A stretch of DNA of 64,000 nt from Macrostomum lignano. Its lineage: Eukaryota. The stretch spans positions 434,001-498,000 of the forward strand of contig NIVC01000387.1 of assembly GCA_002269645.1 (NCBI GenBank). Reading direction: 5' to 3'. Positions within the stretch are counted from its first letter, which is position 1; every line of letters starts with the position of its first letter. Below, one piece after another: positions 1 to 34,800 of the stretch. The position numbers were made by a program, and so were the translations under genes. The notes under the pieces were generated by a model. It was not told where the DNA came from and searched no databases. It saw nothing but the letters and a program-made list of their open reading frames with translations.

Positions 1-255
1 GAATGCATTGGCAGCCAGGATGAGGAGCTAATCGGATGATCTACTCACACTTGCTAACGTCACTAGCGGCGCAGCCAGCGCCAATGTTGCATAGCAACTA
101 ACGGCTTGCATTTTTATCTCATTCGTGCCCAGGCGCTGTCTAACAGCAACAGTCCCGTAACCAGCCATGCCGGGCCGGGCCAGCAGCAGCATAACCACGC
201 CACAACCTACAGAGCTGAGCAGTATGATGGATACGAGGTATTTTAACCCTAACCC

Positions 256-482
256 AGCCTCAGCGGTAGACGCGCCTGACTCTGCGCCGCGACCCGGGGT
301 TCGATTCCGTGCTCACCCATATTCATTTAGGCTTGAGCATGAAATTGGCCGAGGGGTTACCGTGTGATTCGCGCCCAGGAGGGCCAGCCCCCAAGGCACA
401 GATGGTGTACATGCCTGACGAATAGAAATTCAGGGCCTGTACACCCCGTGTGAGCGTGTCTATGAGTGTGTACCTGTACTAT
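256..482 (+). mobile_element. tRNA-derived SINE-like element (5' slightly truncated)
   Basis: tRNA D-arm-like AGCCTCAGCGGTAGACGCG at 256, B box GGTTCGATTCC at 298-308 and a 3' stem-loop at 404-445. Flanked by near-direct repeats TAACCCTAACCC (244-255) and TAACCATAACCC (486-497). Confidence 0.55.
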
Positions 483-560
483 TTATAACCATAACCCCAA
501 CACACACAGCTAGACCTAAAAGTCAACCAGGAATCGCTAAGTCACCCCCGCCACTTCCAG

Positions 561-656
561 GACCCGATGTACCACCAGGCGGCCACGAAGATCCAGGCCA
601 CGTACCGGGGCTACAGAAGCCGCAAGCAGCAGCGACTGCCAGCAAGCAGTTGGTGA
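561..656 (+). CDS. IQ calmodulin-binding motif exon; probable last coding exon of a gene starting left of the window
   Basis: Acceptor CCACTTCCAG|GAC at 560/561. Translates to DPMYHQAATKIQATYRGYRSRKQQRLPASSW*, matching IQxxxRGxxxRK. It ends at TGA 654-656 or at an overlapping GTGAGC donor at 653. Confidence 0.6.
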   Translation, partial: DPMYHQAATKIQATYRGYRSRKQQRLPASSW

Positions 657-1685
657 GCTCGCAGTCTTGTGTGACACCTGCTTTTTAATTGCTTGGCTGC
701 TTGATGTCAAAGCTTGTGCAACCACTGACTTCCAGACTGCCGCCTGATGATGCCGGAAGCCGACTCATCTCAGCCCAGCAAATTTAATATTGCTTATTAT
801 CTTGCAAACTGACGTCTTAGCGTATCCCACCCCCTCCAAATTGATTTCGAAGTTTTGCGAATTTCTCCGCGTCGCGCTGTAGATTTCTGTTGCTATGCTT
901 TGCCGTCCTTCCTTGTCTGAGCTGTCCCAAACCTTTACCTTTTCTCAAAGAACTCAAAACTCAGCTCACTCAGCTGAATGCAAAAGCGAATGCCGCAGAT
1001 TTTATTTTTCTCCGTTATTCCGATCTCGAAACCGCACTGCAACCCGCAGCTAATCAAAAGTTCTCAGTCTCTTTTACTTGCCTTAGCCGCTCTCTGAATT
1101 TTCTGCTTATAAATAAAAGTTGATAAAAAATTATAAGCACAACCAACTTTTCATCTGACAGCTGAGGGACAGCCGCCAATAATTCCATGGCCTCCGGATT
1201 ATTTGCCTGACATTAATATGCACACCAGCATTTTCACAGGTAACACAAGAACACGATCAGCTGGTGTCAGAGGGCAAGAAGCTCAAATAGAAGAAAGCTG
1301 AGATGATCGGCAGGTGGCAGATGGACGAGACCGAAAGTGAGACCTTGGACCTTTGATAGCCGAGAGAGAGGAGCGTCTGACGGTGCGACTGCATAAGTAA
1401 AGCAATGCTGATAGCGGTAAAAGCAGATTTTTGACAAAAATAAGCAAATAAAGCAACGCGGCAGCAGGGTGTCTGCAACAACAGGACTGGTAGCAAAACA
1501 GCAAAAGCAGGAAAAGTGTGGCGCATTGAATTACATTGAAACGAAAATATCAGCTCAAGTAGCTCTCCTAATGCCTGCTTTTGATCCTCAGATGCAGAGG
1601 AAGTGTCAATCCCGAACTGCACCGCTTCGACAAGAAAATTTGCCTTTTCCAGCTGCTTTCAGTAGAGTGATGCGAGCAGGGCCAT

Positions 1686-24180
<22,495 letters not shown>

Positions 24181-25469
24181 GGTAAATTTTAGACAATCAA
24201 AAATAGCAAAACCGGACAGGCAGGCGGACTGCGGGTCCCTGGCTGACTGTGCAGGCGATTCCGGAATGCTGGATGACGCAGTAGGCAAAAGGGCAAGAAT
24301 TCAACAAAGCGCTTCACTGAGCACCTACCAGCAGCAGCAGTCCTGTCCGTCATCCATTGTCTCAGCCAGCAGAGGCTCTTCAGTTCATCTGGCAGCCGAG
24401 CACCGGACTTAATGGCATTAGAGGCCACTCTTGGAATCTGAATCGATCTTTGTCCGTCGCTGCTCGCTCGCTCTGTCCTCCTTTCTTCTGTCTCTCGCCG
24501 CCTCTTCTCAGCCGTCAGGCTCTGCAAATTTCTGCCTCGGCTTCCCCCAACCCCCTGTCCTACTGCCGGCCTACCTGCCCGGCATTCGTTGGGGCAAAGC
24601 GGGGGAGAAAACGAATAGGGAAGAGACAGGGGGAACAGAGTCCGCCCTTGATGGGGTCCCTGCATGACCCCTCTCAATCCATCCAGTGAAATTCCGGGTT
24701 CCTCAGCCGGCTATTCTCAAAACTGCCTGCTGCCTTCTTCATCTCATTTTCACCTCCCGACCTCCCCAGCCTCCGCTTCCCATTAACTCGGACCCCCCTT
24801 TCTCTCGCAGTACGTTTTTGCGTTTGCGAAGGGGAGTTTTGCAGGAGAGACATCCAGCAGAACGCAAGACAGTGAAAGAGGGACAAGAATGAATGGATAG
24901 GCACACAATGCAGGCCGGCCCTGTGATTAGCAGGCGGCTGAGGCAGAGGGAGGGCAGCTCGAGCCGGCAACAGCTTTTCCCGCTAAGAAGCGAGCGGAGA
25001 AAGCAGAGCCACTCGGCTGCTTTTGTGTAGCGGATACGCCGCCGCCCTTCTTAGCAGCATAAATTTGCCTCTGCGCCTGACAAAGGGCGCACGCGAGCAC
25101 AAGTCATCGATGCTCAAAGTCAAACTTGTGACTGCACGGAACTGATCGGCACTGACTGTGCTTCTCCGATAATCTGACCGATTCGCTCTTATGTAGAAAT
25201 GAAAGTGAAAGCGATATCCATGGATGCAAAATAAAATGACTCGTAAAGGGTGCCGGCTCAACAGATTCATTCGATGACTCGAATTTTGAAAATCAAAGTC
25301 TGCCACTCTCAAGAAATAATAATTGCATGCAGCTCAGGGCACCCAAATCCAGCGGCTGCACCCCATTTTGCGTTACGTTTTGTAATTGCAGTCAATCCGC
25401 ATCCGAGTTGCAGTCAATCCAGTCCCATTGCAGCCTGAAATCAGTCCTACTGCAGCCTGAAATCAAAAT

Positions 25470-25862
25470 CGAATTGCAGTCAATCCGCATTTGAGTTGCA
25501 GTCAATCCGCATTCGAACTGCAGTCAAACCACATTCGAGTTGCAGTCAAACCGCATTCGAGTTGCAGTCAATCCGCATTGGAGTTGCAGTCAATCCGCAT
25601 TGGAGTTGCAGTCAATCCGCATTGGAGTTGCAGTCAATCCGCATTTGAGTTGCAGTCAATCCGCATTGGAGTTGCAGTCAATCCGCATTGGAGTTGCAGT
25701 CAATCCGCATTCGAGTTGCAGTCAATCCGCATTCGAGTTGCAGTCAAACCGCATTCGAGTTGCAGTCAATCCGCATTGGAGTTGCAGTCAATCCGCATTC
25801 GAACTGCAGTCAATCCGCATTCGAGTTGCAGTCAATCCGCATTCGAGTTGCAGTCAATCCGC
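25470..25862. repeat. 22-bp minisatellite (GAGTTGCAGTCAATCCGCATTC)
   Basis: Read directly. Confidence 0.93.
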
Positions 25863-26462
25863 TTTCTGAACTTCTTGAACTCCTCTCATGACTTGTACAC
25901 TGTATTGCAGATATCACAGGCCGAACAAGTCAAAAATGCAGAACACTGCAGAATTGCCTTCTTACGGGTCGGATCAAATCATTCAAGAGCCGCCCGCCAC
26001 GGTCTCGCAGTTAACCACTGCATCGATTGCGCCGGCAAAAATTGCCAAACGGGAACAGATCTCTGCGATCAGCGGACAGAGAAGAGACAGAGATCTGCAA
26101 TTCGATCCAAAGCAAGAGTCAAGAGAATCAAATGCGATCTGTGCGGCCCGGCCGTTGCCTCGGATCGCAATAAAATTATCAAAACAAAAACGCCTTTAGG
26201 GCACAGGATGATATTTCCTGTACCGCGGCCTCGAAGCAGCGGACACTGCAGTGCTCGTAGGTTGGCAGAAAAACTCAATTACACCTGGGGAAGCTCGGTT
26301 GCAATCAGAATCCCAAACACAGCGTATTGCCGCAACTCCAGCAGCCTGGCTATACAGTTGCGAACAGGCCGATAGGAGACTCCGCGCTACAAAGTCTGCG
26401 CCCCATGGCAACTGCTTCATGCCGACTGTTTGGTTCAGAATTGCAAGTTAAAGCGGCTGCCC

Positions 26463-26781
26463 GAAATCCAGTCCCACTGCAGCCTGAAATCCAGTCCCAC
26501 TGCAGCCTGAAATCCAGTCCCACTGCAGCCTGAAATCCAGTCCCACTGCAGCCCGAAATCCAGTCCCACTGCAGCCTGAAATCCAGTCCCACTGCAGCCT
26601 GAAATCCAGTCCCACTGCAGCCTGAAATCCAGTCCCACTGCAGCCTGAAATCCAGTCCCACTGCAGCCTGAAATCCAGTCCCACTGCAGCCTGAAATCCA
26701 GTCCCACTGCAGCCTGAAATCCAGTCCCACTGCAGCCTGAAATCCAGTCCCACTGCAGCCTGAAATCCAGTCCCACTGCAG
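26463..26781. repeat. 23-bp minisatellite (CTGAAATCCAGTCCCACTGCAGC), ~14 copies
   Basis: Read directly; nearly perfect copies. Confidence 0.95.
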
Positions 26782-27029
26782 CAAATGATTGAAAATAAAA
26801 AGCTAAGCAAGCATATTACAATGCTGCAGATTTTAAAAGTACAAATAAAGAATGAAAAGCAGCAGCGGCGGAGAATTTACTTGATGACACAAATGAAAAC
26901 CTGGTTCCAGATGAAAAATGAACGAACACGTGTCAGAAAATAACAATAATTCAAAGCTTGAAGCGAAAAATTCAAATCAAACTGCAGGTTTAAATAAATG
27001 CTAAGAGATGTCCGGCAGTGCTGCTTCAC

Positions 27030-27160
27030 TCTGATTGGCTATGCGAGAGGCGATTCACCGCCATCTGATTGGCTGGCCGGCTTCACTAATCAAGCCGAGT
27101 CAGATAGAAAACCTGGGGAAAATAAAAATGCGAATGTACGGCCGGCCAGGGCCAATCAGA
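27030..27160. promoter_or_regulatory. Cluster of three CCAAT (NF-Y-type) boxes
   Basis: CTGATTGGC at ~27031 and ~27065 (34-bp spacing) and GCCAATCAG at ~27151. The cluster sits in the RPAIN 3' UTR/stop region, upstream of the RhoGEF; function is unproven. Confidence 0.3.
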
Positions 27161-28345
27161 TCAGAGCGCAGCAGAACTGGCAGTGGTCGCAGGACACAAT
27201 CAGGCTGTCGCCTCCTTGACCGTCATCAACAACCAGCACTGCGGTGTCCTCGGTGCACAGGGAGGCGTGCGCGCTGGCGCAATCAAGGAGAGACTCGCGC
27301 AGGTCACCGAGGGTCAGCCCGGGATCTGGAGTTGATGGGCCGGAAATCCTGCTTAGCTTTCCTTCTGAAGCTGGTCAGTCACTGCGAAACTGGTGCAGGC
27401 TAATGGCATGGAACTGGTGCACCTCTGCTCACTAATGGCATGGAACTGGGCCACCTCTGCTCACTAATGGTATGGAACTGGTGCACCTCTGCTCACTAAT
27501 GGCATGGAAGTGGTGCCCTTCTGCTCACTAATGGCATGGAACTGGTGCACCTCTGCTCACTAATGGCATGGAACTGGTGCCCTTCTGCTCACTAATGGCA
27601 TGGAACTGGGCCACCTCTGCTCACTAATGGTATGGAACTGGTGCACCTCTGCTCACTAATGGCATGGAACTGGTGCCCTTCTGCTCACTAATGGCATGGA
27701 ACTGGTGCACCTCTGCTCACTAATGGCATGGAACTGGTGCCCTTCTGCTCACTAATGGCATGGAACTGGTGCACCTCTGCTCACTAATGGCATGGAACTG
27801 GGCCACCTCTGCTCACTAATGCAGGTAGCTAGTCACTATTATCGCTGATAAAAAGTCGCACCTGATCCGATTCCGTCACCGCAGCAGCTGGCCGGCAGGC
27901 GGACAAGGAGGCCGCAGTCGCAGACGAGCCGGCGGCCCGCGGCGGTGCTGAGAATCCGCAGCTGGCCACAGCGGCAGGCGGGGCAGACGCAGCCGCACTG
28001 GCTGAGCTCGCGCCGCATCGCCGCCTCGATCTCTAAGAGTTCGTCGCTGTCCATCCACTCAAAGCCGCCGCCGCCGCCGCCGATCTCGGCGTCAAGGAGC
28101 TGCTCGAGCTCGCGGCGAACGTCGTAATCATCAGAGGCCGCAGCGGCGCCGTCCTCGTCAGCCTGGCGGACGCGCATAAGAAAATCGGAGCGGCGCCGGC
28201 GCATCTCCTCCAGGCAGCGCCGGCGGAAGCCGCTCTTCCAGGGACTCCGGTGCCGCGCTCGGTCGTACAGCTGCTGGTGCTGTCGGCCCAGAGGGCTGCC
28301 GGGCGCCGGGGCTGGGCTGCGCGGAGAGGTGCCGGACATCTGCAT
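27156..28345 (-). CDS. RPAIN: RPA-interacting protein (RPAIN/RIP), 217 aa, 2 exons
   Basis: Exons 27862-28345 and 27156-27325, joined by a phase-1 intron (TCAG|GTGCGA ... CTCCAG|ATC). N-terminal SPWKSGFRRRCLEEMRRRRSDFLMRVRQ matches the RPA_interact_N motif. C-terminal Zn ligands are CPAC...CDCGL...H...C...SCDHC. Confidence 0.85.
27398..27821. repeat. 32-bp minisatellite (ACTAATGGCATGGAACTGGTGCACCTCTGCTC), ~13 copies
   Basis: Read directly; it fills most of the single RPAIN intron. Confidence 0.95.
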
Positions 28346-28604
28346 GGCTGTGGGTTGAGAGCAGCCTCCATGGTGAACGAGGATGCCCTACATGAATAGA
28401 CTTGGCAATTTCTCCCCGTTTTCCGTGCATTTCCTGCTCTGCTATCTAATTTCCTCAGTCTCTTCTGGATCCTTCTAAATTTCCCAAACAACTCGGATCT
28501 CTCCCAGATCTTCTCTTATATAGTCTCTTGGACCAACCTCAGAATGCAGACCGTTCGAAATCCGCCTAACCCGTTTCAGATTCTCTTCCATACCCTCCAA
28601 TATT

Positions 28605-29300
28605 TTTTAGACACTCCTCATCTCTCCCAGACACTCCTACTTCTTCCCAGACACTCCTAATCTCTTCCAGACACTCCTAATCCCTCTCAAACACTCCTAA
28701 TCTCTCCTAGACACTCCTAATCTCTCCAGACACTCCTAATCTCTCCTAGACACTCCTAATCTCTCCAGACACTCCTAATCTCTCCTAGACACTCCTAATC
28801 TCTCCCAGATACACCCAATCTCTTCCAGACACACCCAATCTCTCCCAGACACACCCAATCTCTCCCAGACACACCCAATCTCTCCCAGACACATCCAATC
28901 TCTCCCAGAGACTCCTAAATTATCCCAGACTCTCCGTATCTCTCCCAGACACTCCTACTTCTTCCCAGACACTCCTAATCTCTTCCAGACACTCCTAATC
29001 CCTCTCAAACACTCCCAATCTCTCCTAGACACTCCTAATCTCTCCTAGACACTCCTAATCTCTCCCAGACACACCCAATCTCTCCCAGACACATCAATCT
29101 CTCCCAAAGACTCCTAAATTATCCCAGACTCTCCGTATCTCTCCCAGACACTCCTAATCCCTCTCAAACACTCCTAATATCTCCCAGACACTCCTAATCC
29201 CTCTCAAACACTCCTAATATCTCCCAGACACTCCTAATCCCTCTCAAACACTCCTAATATCTCCCAGACACTCCTAATCCCTCCCGGATACTCCTAATGT
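28605..29300. repeat. Degenerate ~21-22-bp minisatellite (CAGACACTCCTAATCTCTCC)
   Basis: Read directly; includes an internal block duplication. Confidence 0.9.
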
Positions 29301-30224
29301 CTTTAGAGCCTTCTAATCTTCCTCAAACTTCTTTTAGATTTGCGAAGTCAAGCAGGCTATTACAATGGCATAAACCAGGGAAATGAGAGACCAAAGCCAT
29401 CCGGTTGGGATTCAGCATGCGCTAAGGCTGCGCCAAGAATCTATACTTTGGAGTGTCAAATGTCAAAAAGCGACGAGGACGAGAATCAAATAAAATCGAG
29501 TCATTGCAAGGAACAGCAAATTAGTTTGGGATAGGGAAATTTAAAATTTCATAGAGGAATATTTGATTAAGTCTTCCAGGTGCGATTTTACTGCAAATTC
29601 ATTGCATTTACTGGTAGAGTGAAAACAGTCACAGTGGCTCATAATTATTAATAATTCAATTATGCATAATTAGCGCTAGTAGGAACAGCAAAGTAAAAGG
29701 TAAATTTCCCACTGGTTTCGGGGCCAGGCCTCACCCAGATTTCATTACTACAACAGCGACGCACTGCTGCAAGTAGCATGTGCTGCATCTGTCATCAAAG
29801 CGCTGATAGCGATGGAAGTTTGGCAAGTCCAGAGGACGCATCGCGAGGTGATTCTTCGTGGCCAGAATTCCATAGAGACCGTCGGAAAACACTTAATAAC
29901 GGCTTGGCTAATTACTGTGAGTGAGGGCAGAACTTGAGTTGCAAACAGAAATAAATAAACAATCTGAGATGGTTAGGCAGAGAAGCCTCATGACAGGAGT
30001 AGCAAAAATTCACCATTGGGTACGCTAGATTAAGAGAGCTGATCTACAAAATAAACAAGCACGGACCGCAAGGATACTAATGAGTTAGTGAATAAATCTG
30101 CTTATTTGGGGCAACCACTGAGATAGGGGCTGCCGCATATACTTGGACTTTTCCTTGTCACTTGAAGGATCTAAATTAAAATTCAAAAAATTCCATGGCC
30201 CCATGATTTGAAGAGTCCACGGCC

Positions 30225-31300
30225 CATAATTGGAGCAGTCCATGACCCAATCATTGGAGCAGCGCATGACCCAATCATTGGAGCAGTCCATGACCCAATC
30301 ATTGGACCAGTCCATGACCCAATCATTGGACCAGTCCATGACCCAATCATTGGACCAGTCCATGACCCAATCATTGGACCAGTCCATGACCCAATCATTG
30401 GACCAGTCCATGACCCAATCATTGGACCAGTCCATGACCCAATCATTGGACCAGTCCATGACCCAATCATTGGACCAGTCCATGACCCAATCATTGGAGC
30501 AGTCCGTCACCCAATCATTGGACCAGTCCATGACTCAATCATTGGACCAGTCCATGACCCAATCATTGGACCAGTCCATGACCCAATCATTGGACCAGTC
30601 CATGACCCAATCATTGGAGCAGTCCGTCACCCAATCATTGGACCAGTCCATGACTCAATCATTGGACCAGTCCATGACCCAATCATTGGACCAGTCCATG
30701 ACCCAATCATTGGACCAGTCCATGACCCAATCATTGGACCAGTCCATGACCCAATCATTGGACCAGTCCATGACCCAATCATTGGACCAGTCCATGACCC
30801 AATCATTGGACCAGTCCATGACCCAATCATTGGACCAGTCCATGACCCAATCATTGGACCAGTCCATGACCCAATCATTGGACCAGTCCATGACCCAATC
30901 ATTGGACCAGTCCATGACCCAATCATTGGACCAGTCCATGACCCAATCATTGGACCAGTCCATGACCCAATCATTGGACCAGTCCATGACCCAATCATTG
31001 GACCAGTCCATGACCCAATCATTGGAGCAGTCCGTCACCCAATCATTGGACCAGTCCATGACTCAATCATTGGACCAGTCCATGACCCAATCATTGGACC
31101 AGTCCATGACCCAATCATTGGACCAGTCCATGACCCAATCATTGAAGCAGTCCATGACCCAATCATTGGACCAGTCCATGACCCAATCATTGGAGCAGCG
31201 CATGACCAAATCATTGGAGCAGCGCATGACCAAATCATTGGAGCAGTCCATGATCCAATCATTGGACCAGTCCATGACCCAATCATTGGACCAGTCCCTG
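30225..31300. repeat. 24-bp minisatellite (CCAATCATTGGACCAGTCCATGAC), ~45 copies
   Basis: Read directly; downstream of the ARL8 stop. Confidence 0.96.
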
Positions 31301-31829
31301 ATTCAAGGACTTAATAAGTGTTGGAAACAGCGCGCCCAAAAGGACCCAAGCTACAACAATGCTGTCAAAGCCAGCAAACTGACTAAATAACAGCAATAAA
31401 ACAGAGAAAATTAACTTGCTGAAAAGTACACGACTCAGTAGTGATCACAGTTCTATTGAAAGCAACAATATGCGAGAAGATTAGGACAGTAGACATCATG
31501 TTAAGCTAAAGAGTACATCATAAACACATTCATATGGCGCATGCTACAGCAATTCTCTCTGCAGATGCGCAAGTGGAGGCATGGCGGGATAAAGGGGCTA
31601 ATTGGACAAGACAGAATACTGAGCGCCCAAGAAGGGCAGCACTGTGGGCCGGGCTTTACTGAATATTAGCATATATTGTGTGACTTCAGCCAATAGAAGC
31701 ATATTTGTTCATGGCATCAATTCTATCATAGCTAAGTTGCTTATCGCGCCACAGAAATAGGCATTTCTCGTGGGGTGCATCGGAATAAAGGCGGTACCGC
31801 GGCAAACATCAGGATTCTGTCCGAGCAGT

Positions 31830-34800
31830 TCACTTGGACTTGCTGTGCTGGATCAGCCACTGCAGTGTTATGTCTGAAAGTTTGTAGCAGAGTTAAAGCG
31901 GTAAATCAGGAGCGCGGGAAGTAGATTGAGAGGGAGAGTGGGAAGCAGGGCGAGAGGGAGAGCTGGGAGTAGAGTGGGAGGGAGAGTGGGGAGTAGAGTG
32001 AGAAGGAGACTGGGGAGTAGAGTGAGAGGGAGAGTGAGAAGTAGAGTGAGGTGAGAGGGAGAGTGAGGAGTAGAGTGAGAGGGAAAGTGGGGAGGATTGA
32101 GAGAGAGGGAGTGGGGAGTAGGGTGAGGGGGAGTGAGGAGTAGATTGAGAGGGAGAGTGGGGAGTAGAGTGGGAGGGAGAGTGGGGAGAAAGCTGGAGAT
32201 CCCCTGTCTAACAGGTGACACTATCCCCTGTCTAACAGGTGACACTATCTCCTGTCTAACAGGTGACACTATCCCTTGTCTAACAGGTGACACTATCCCC
32301 TGTCTAACAGGTGACACTATCCCTTGTCTAACAGGTGACACTATCCCTTGTCTAACAGGTGACACTATCCCTTGTCTAACAGGTGACACTATCCCCTGTC
32401 TAACAGGTGACACTATCCCTTGTCTAACAGGTGACACTATCCCCTGTCTAACAGGTGACACTATCCCTTGTCTAACAGGTGACACTATCCCCTGTCTAAC
32501 AGGTGACACTATCCCTTGTCTAACAGGTGACACTATCTCCTGTCTAACAGGTGACACTATCCCTTGTCTAACAGGTGACACTATCCCTTGTCTAACAGGT
32601 GACACTATCCCTTGTCTAACAGGTGACACTATCCCTTGTCTAACAGGTGACACTATCCCTTGTCTAACAGGTGACACTATCCCTTGTCTAACAGGTGACA
32701 CTATCCCTTGTCTAACAGGTGACACTATCTCCTGTCTAGCAGGTGACACTATCCCTTGTCTAACAGGTGACACTATCCCCTGTCTAACAGGTGACACTAT
32801 CCCCTGTCTAACAGGTGACACTATCTCCTGTCTAACAGGTGACACTATCCCTTGTCTAACAGGTGACACTATCCCCTGTCTAACAGGTGACACTATCCCT
32901 TGTCTAACAGGTGACACTATCTCCTGTCTAACAGGTGACACTATCCCTTGTCTAACAGGTGACACTATCCCTCTCTAACAGGTGACACTATCCCCTCTCT
33001 AACAGGTGACATTGTCTAGACAGACTATTCTGTCTAGGGAAAGTGGGGAGTAGAGTGAGAGAGAGTGGGGAGAAGAGAGGATGAGAAGTAGAAAGGAGAG
33101 AATACGAGCTATCAGAACGGGGAGTTGTGTGGAAAGTGGTAGGAGGGCATGTGAGGGAGAAGGGGCGGCACTGACCGATATTCTCCTTCTCCTTGCAGCT
33201 GATGGAGTAGCAGCAGATCTCTCTGTCGGTGATGCCGTCAAGGCTGAGCCGCTCGATAAGCTGCCTCTCGTTGAGGGAGCCCTGCAGGTCTCGCTTGTTG
33301 CCCAGCACGAGCACCGGGATGCCCTGCAGCTGCGGCTTGTCGAGCAGGTTGTGCAGCTCGTTCCTGGCCGCCTCCAGCTTGTCGGCGTCGGCCGCGTCCA
33401 CCATGTAGACGATGGCGTTGACACCGCGGCAGTAGCGCTCCCACATGCTGCGGAAGCGGGGCTGGCCGCCAATGTCCCATAGCTTGATGGTGACGCTGCC
33501 CTTGGTGATCTTTCGCATGTTGAAGCCCACGGTGGGGATCATGTCCTCTGTGAACTGGCCGGACTGGGAGTGGGTTGGGGAAACACAAAGTTATTTTCAA
33601 TATCTTCATCAAAATGCAATAGGAGATAAGGACAACGCTCATTGAAGGTGTAAACTGAGATACAAGATTAAAATGTCACTTCTTGTGACCGTAACACATT
33701 TCTTCCTATGCCAAACCCATGCTAAAAGCAACTGCAATCAGTCAGATGTCAGTCAGATTTTCAACTATATTGTAAGTGAACAAAGTCTATTATAACAAAG
33801 TTTATTTGTGTATGTTGACAATTTTATATCAATAAATACTTAATGAATTTAAAAAATAATCCTAAGGAAAAATTAGGAAGTGAGCTTATACATAGATTGA
33901 AGGATAAAAAATATATTATATGGCTTATAAAATTGATACAGATAATTTTATAAATCAATACATTAAAAAAGTTAGTTTAAAAAGTACTTTAATAAGTTAT
34001 CTATTATTTATAGTTTAATTAGATCATTTATATTTAAAGGCTTAGATTATAAGTTATTATATGGTAAGTTTTTTCTACATAAGATGTAAAGCAAATATCA
34101 TAGATAATAGATGCCAGCTAGCATCCTAGTTTTTAATTTGGATCTTAAAAATGGCACAGTAATACCAATACTTAAAAACTTAGCTTTTATGTATGATTTA
34201 TATGAGAATGACTTATGCAAGTTTTAATAAGTGTTTTATATAGCTTTGTATAGGGACTTCAGTGAGGATCTCATGATTTACCAATATTTATACGAAGGGA
34301 AAAGTTAAAAAATATATTTTTGCAAATATATAACTTTAGAATAAATCTTTTTATAAAGAAAAATATTTTATAAATGTATATGGCTTCCATTAGAATGAAA
34401 ATAAACTATACCCCATTGGGAAATAATTGTCCCTTAGTTATGCCAAATGACATACAAAAATGGATAAGATAAAAAAAATCAATATAGTAACAATTATTAA
34501 TAATTAGTGCACAATTGTAGCAATCATAATTGTTTTACAACTGATATCATTACTCCTATTTGGCACAATAATATACTAATTTATATTATATTATAACTAT
34601 GCCAACTATGCCAAAAGGATATTTGAGGGCAATTAAATGTGCTAATTGGCATAGTCTGGCATATTTGGCAAAATTATAGATTATGTTAGGGTAATTATTT
34701 CCCATTAAGTCTAGGACCTATATTTGAGACATTACAAAATAGGTGCTTTTGTACTAAGCCAATATAATAAATATATTTTTTAATTTTTAATTAATCTTCA

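Noticed and set aside
256-320. A genuine tRNA gene at 256-320 or 11137-11225
   Set aside because: The acceptor and anticodon stems cannot be completed and there is no poly-T terminator. Both continue into SINE-like bodies, so they were called SINEs.
30085-33010. Repetitive ORFs ([32 protein letters not shown])
   Set aside because: They are translations of 24-bp minisatellites in the ARL8 downstream region and intron 2.
32198-33010. AGGTGACACTAT matches 12 nt of the phage SP6 promoter (possible vector contamination)
   Set aside because: The flanking ATTT and AG do not match, no other vector sequence is present, and the motif is part of a diverged intronic tandem repeat. Most likely coincidence.
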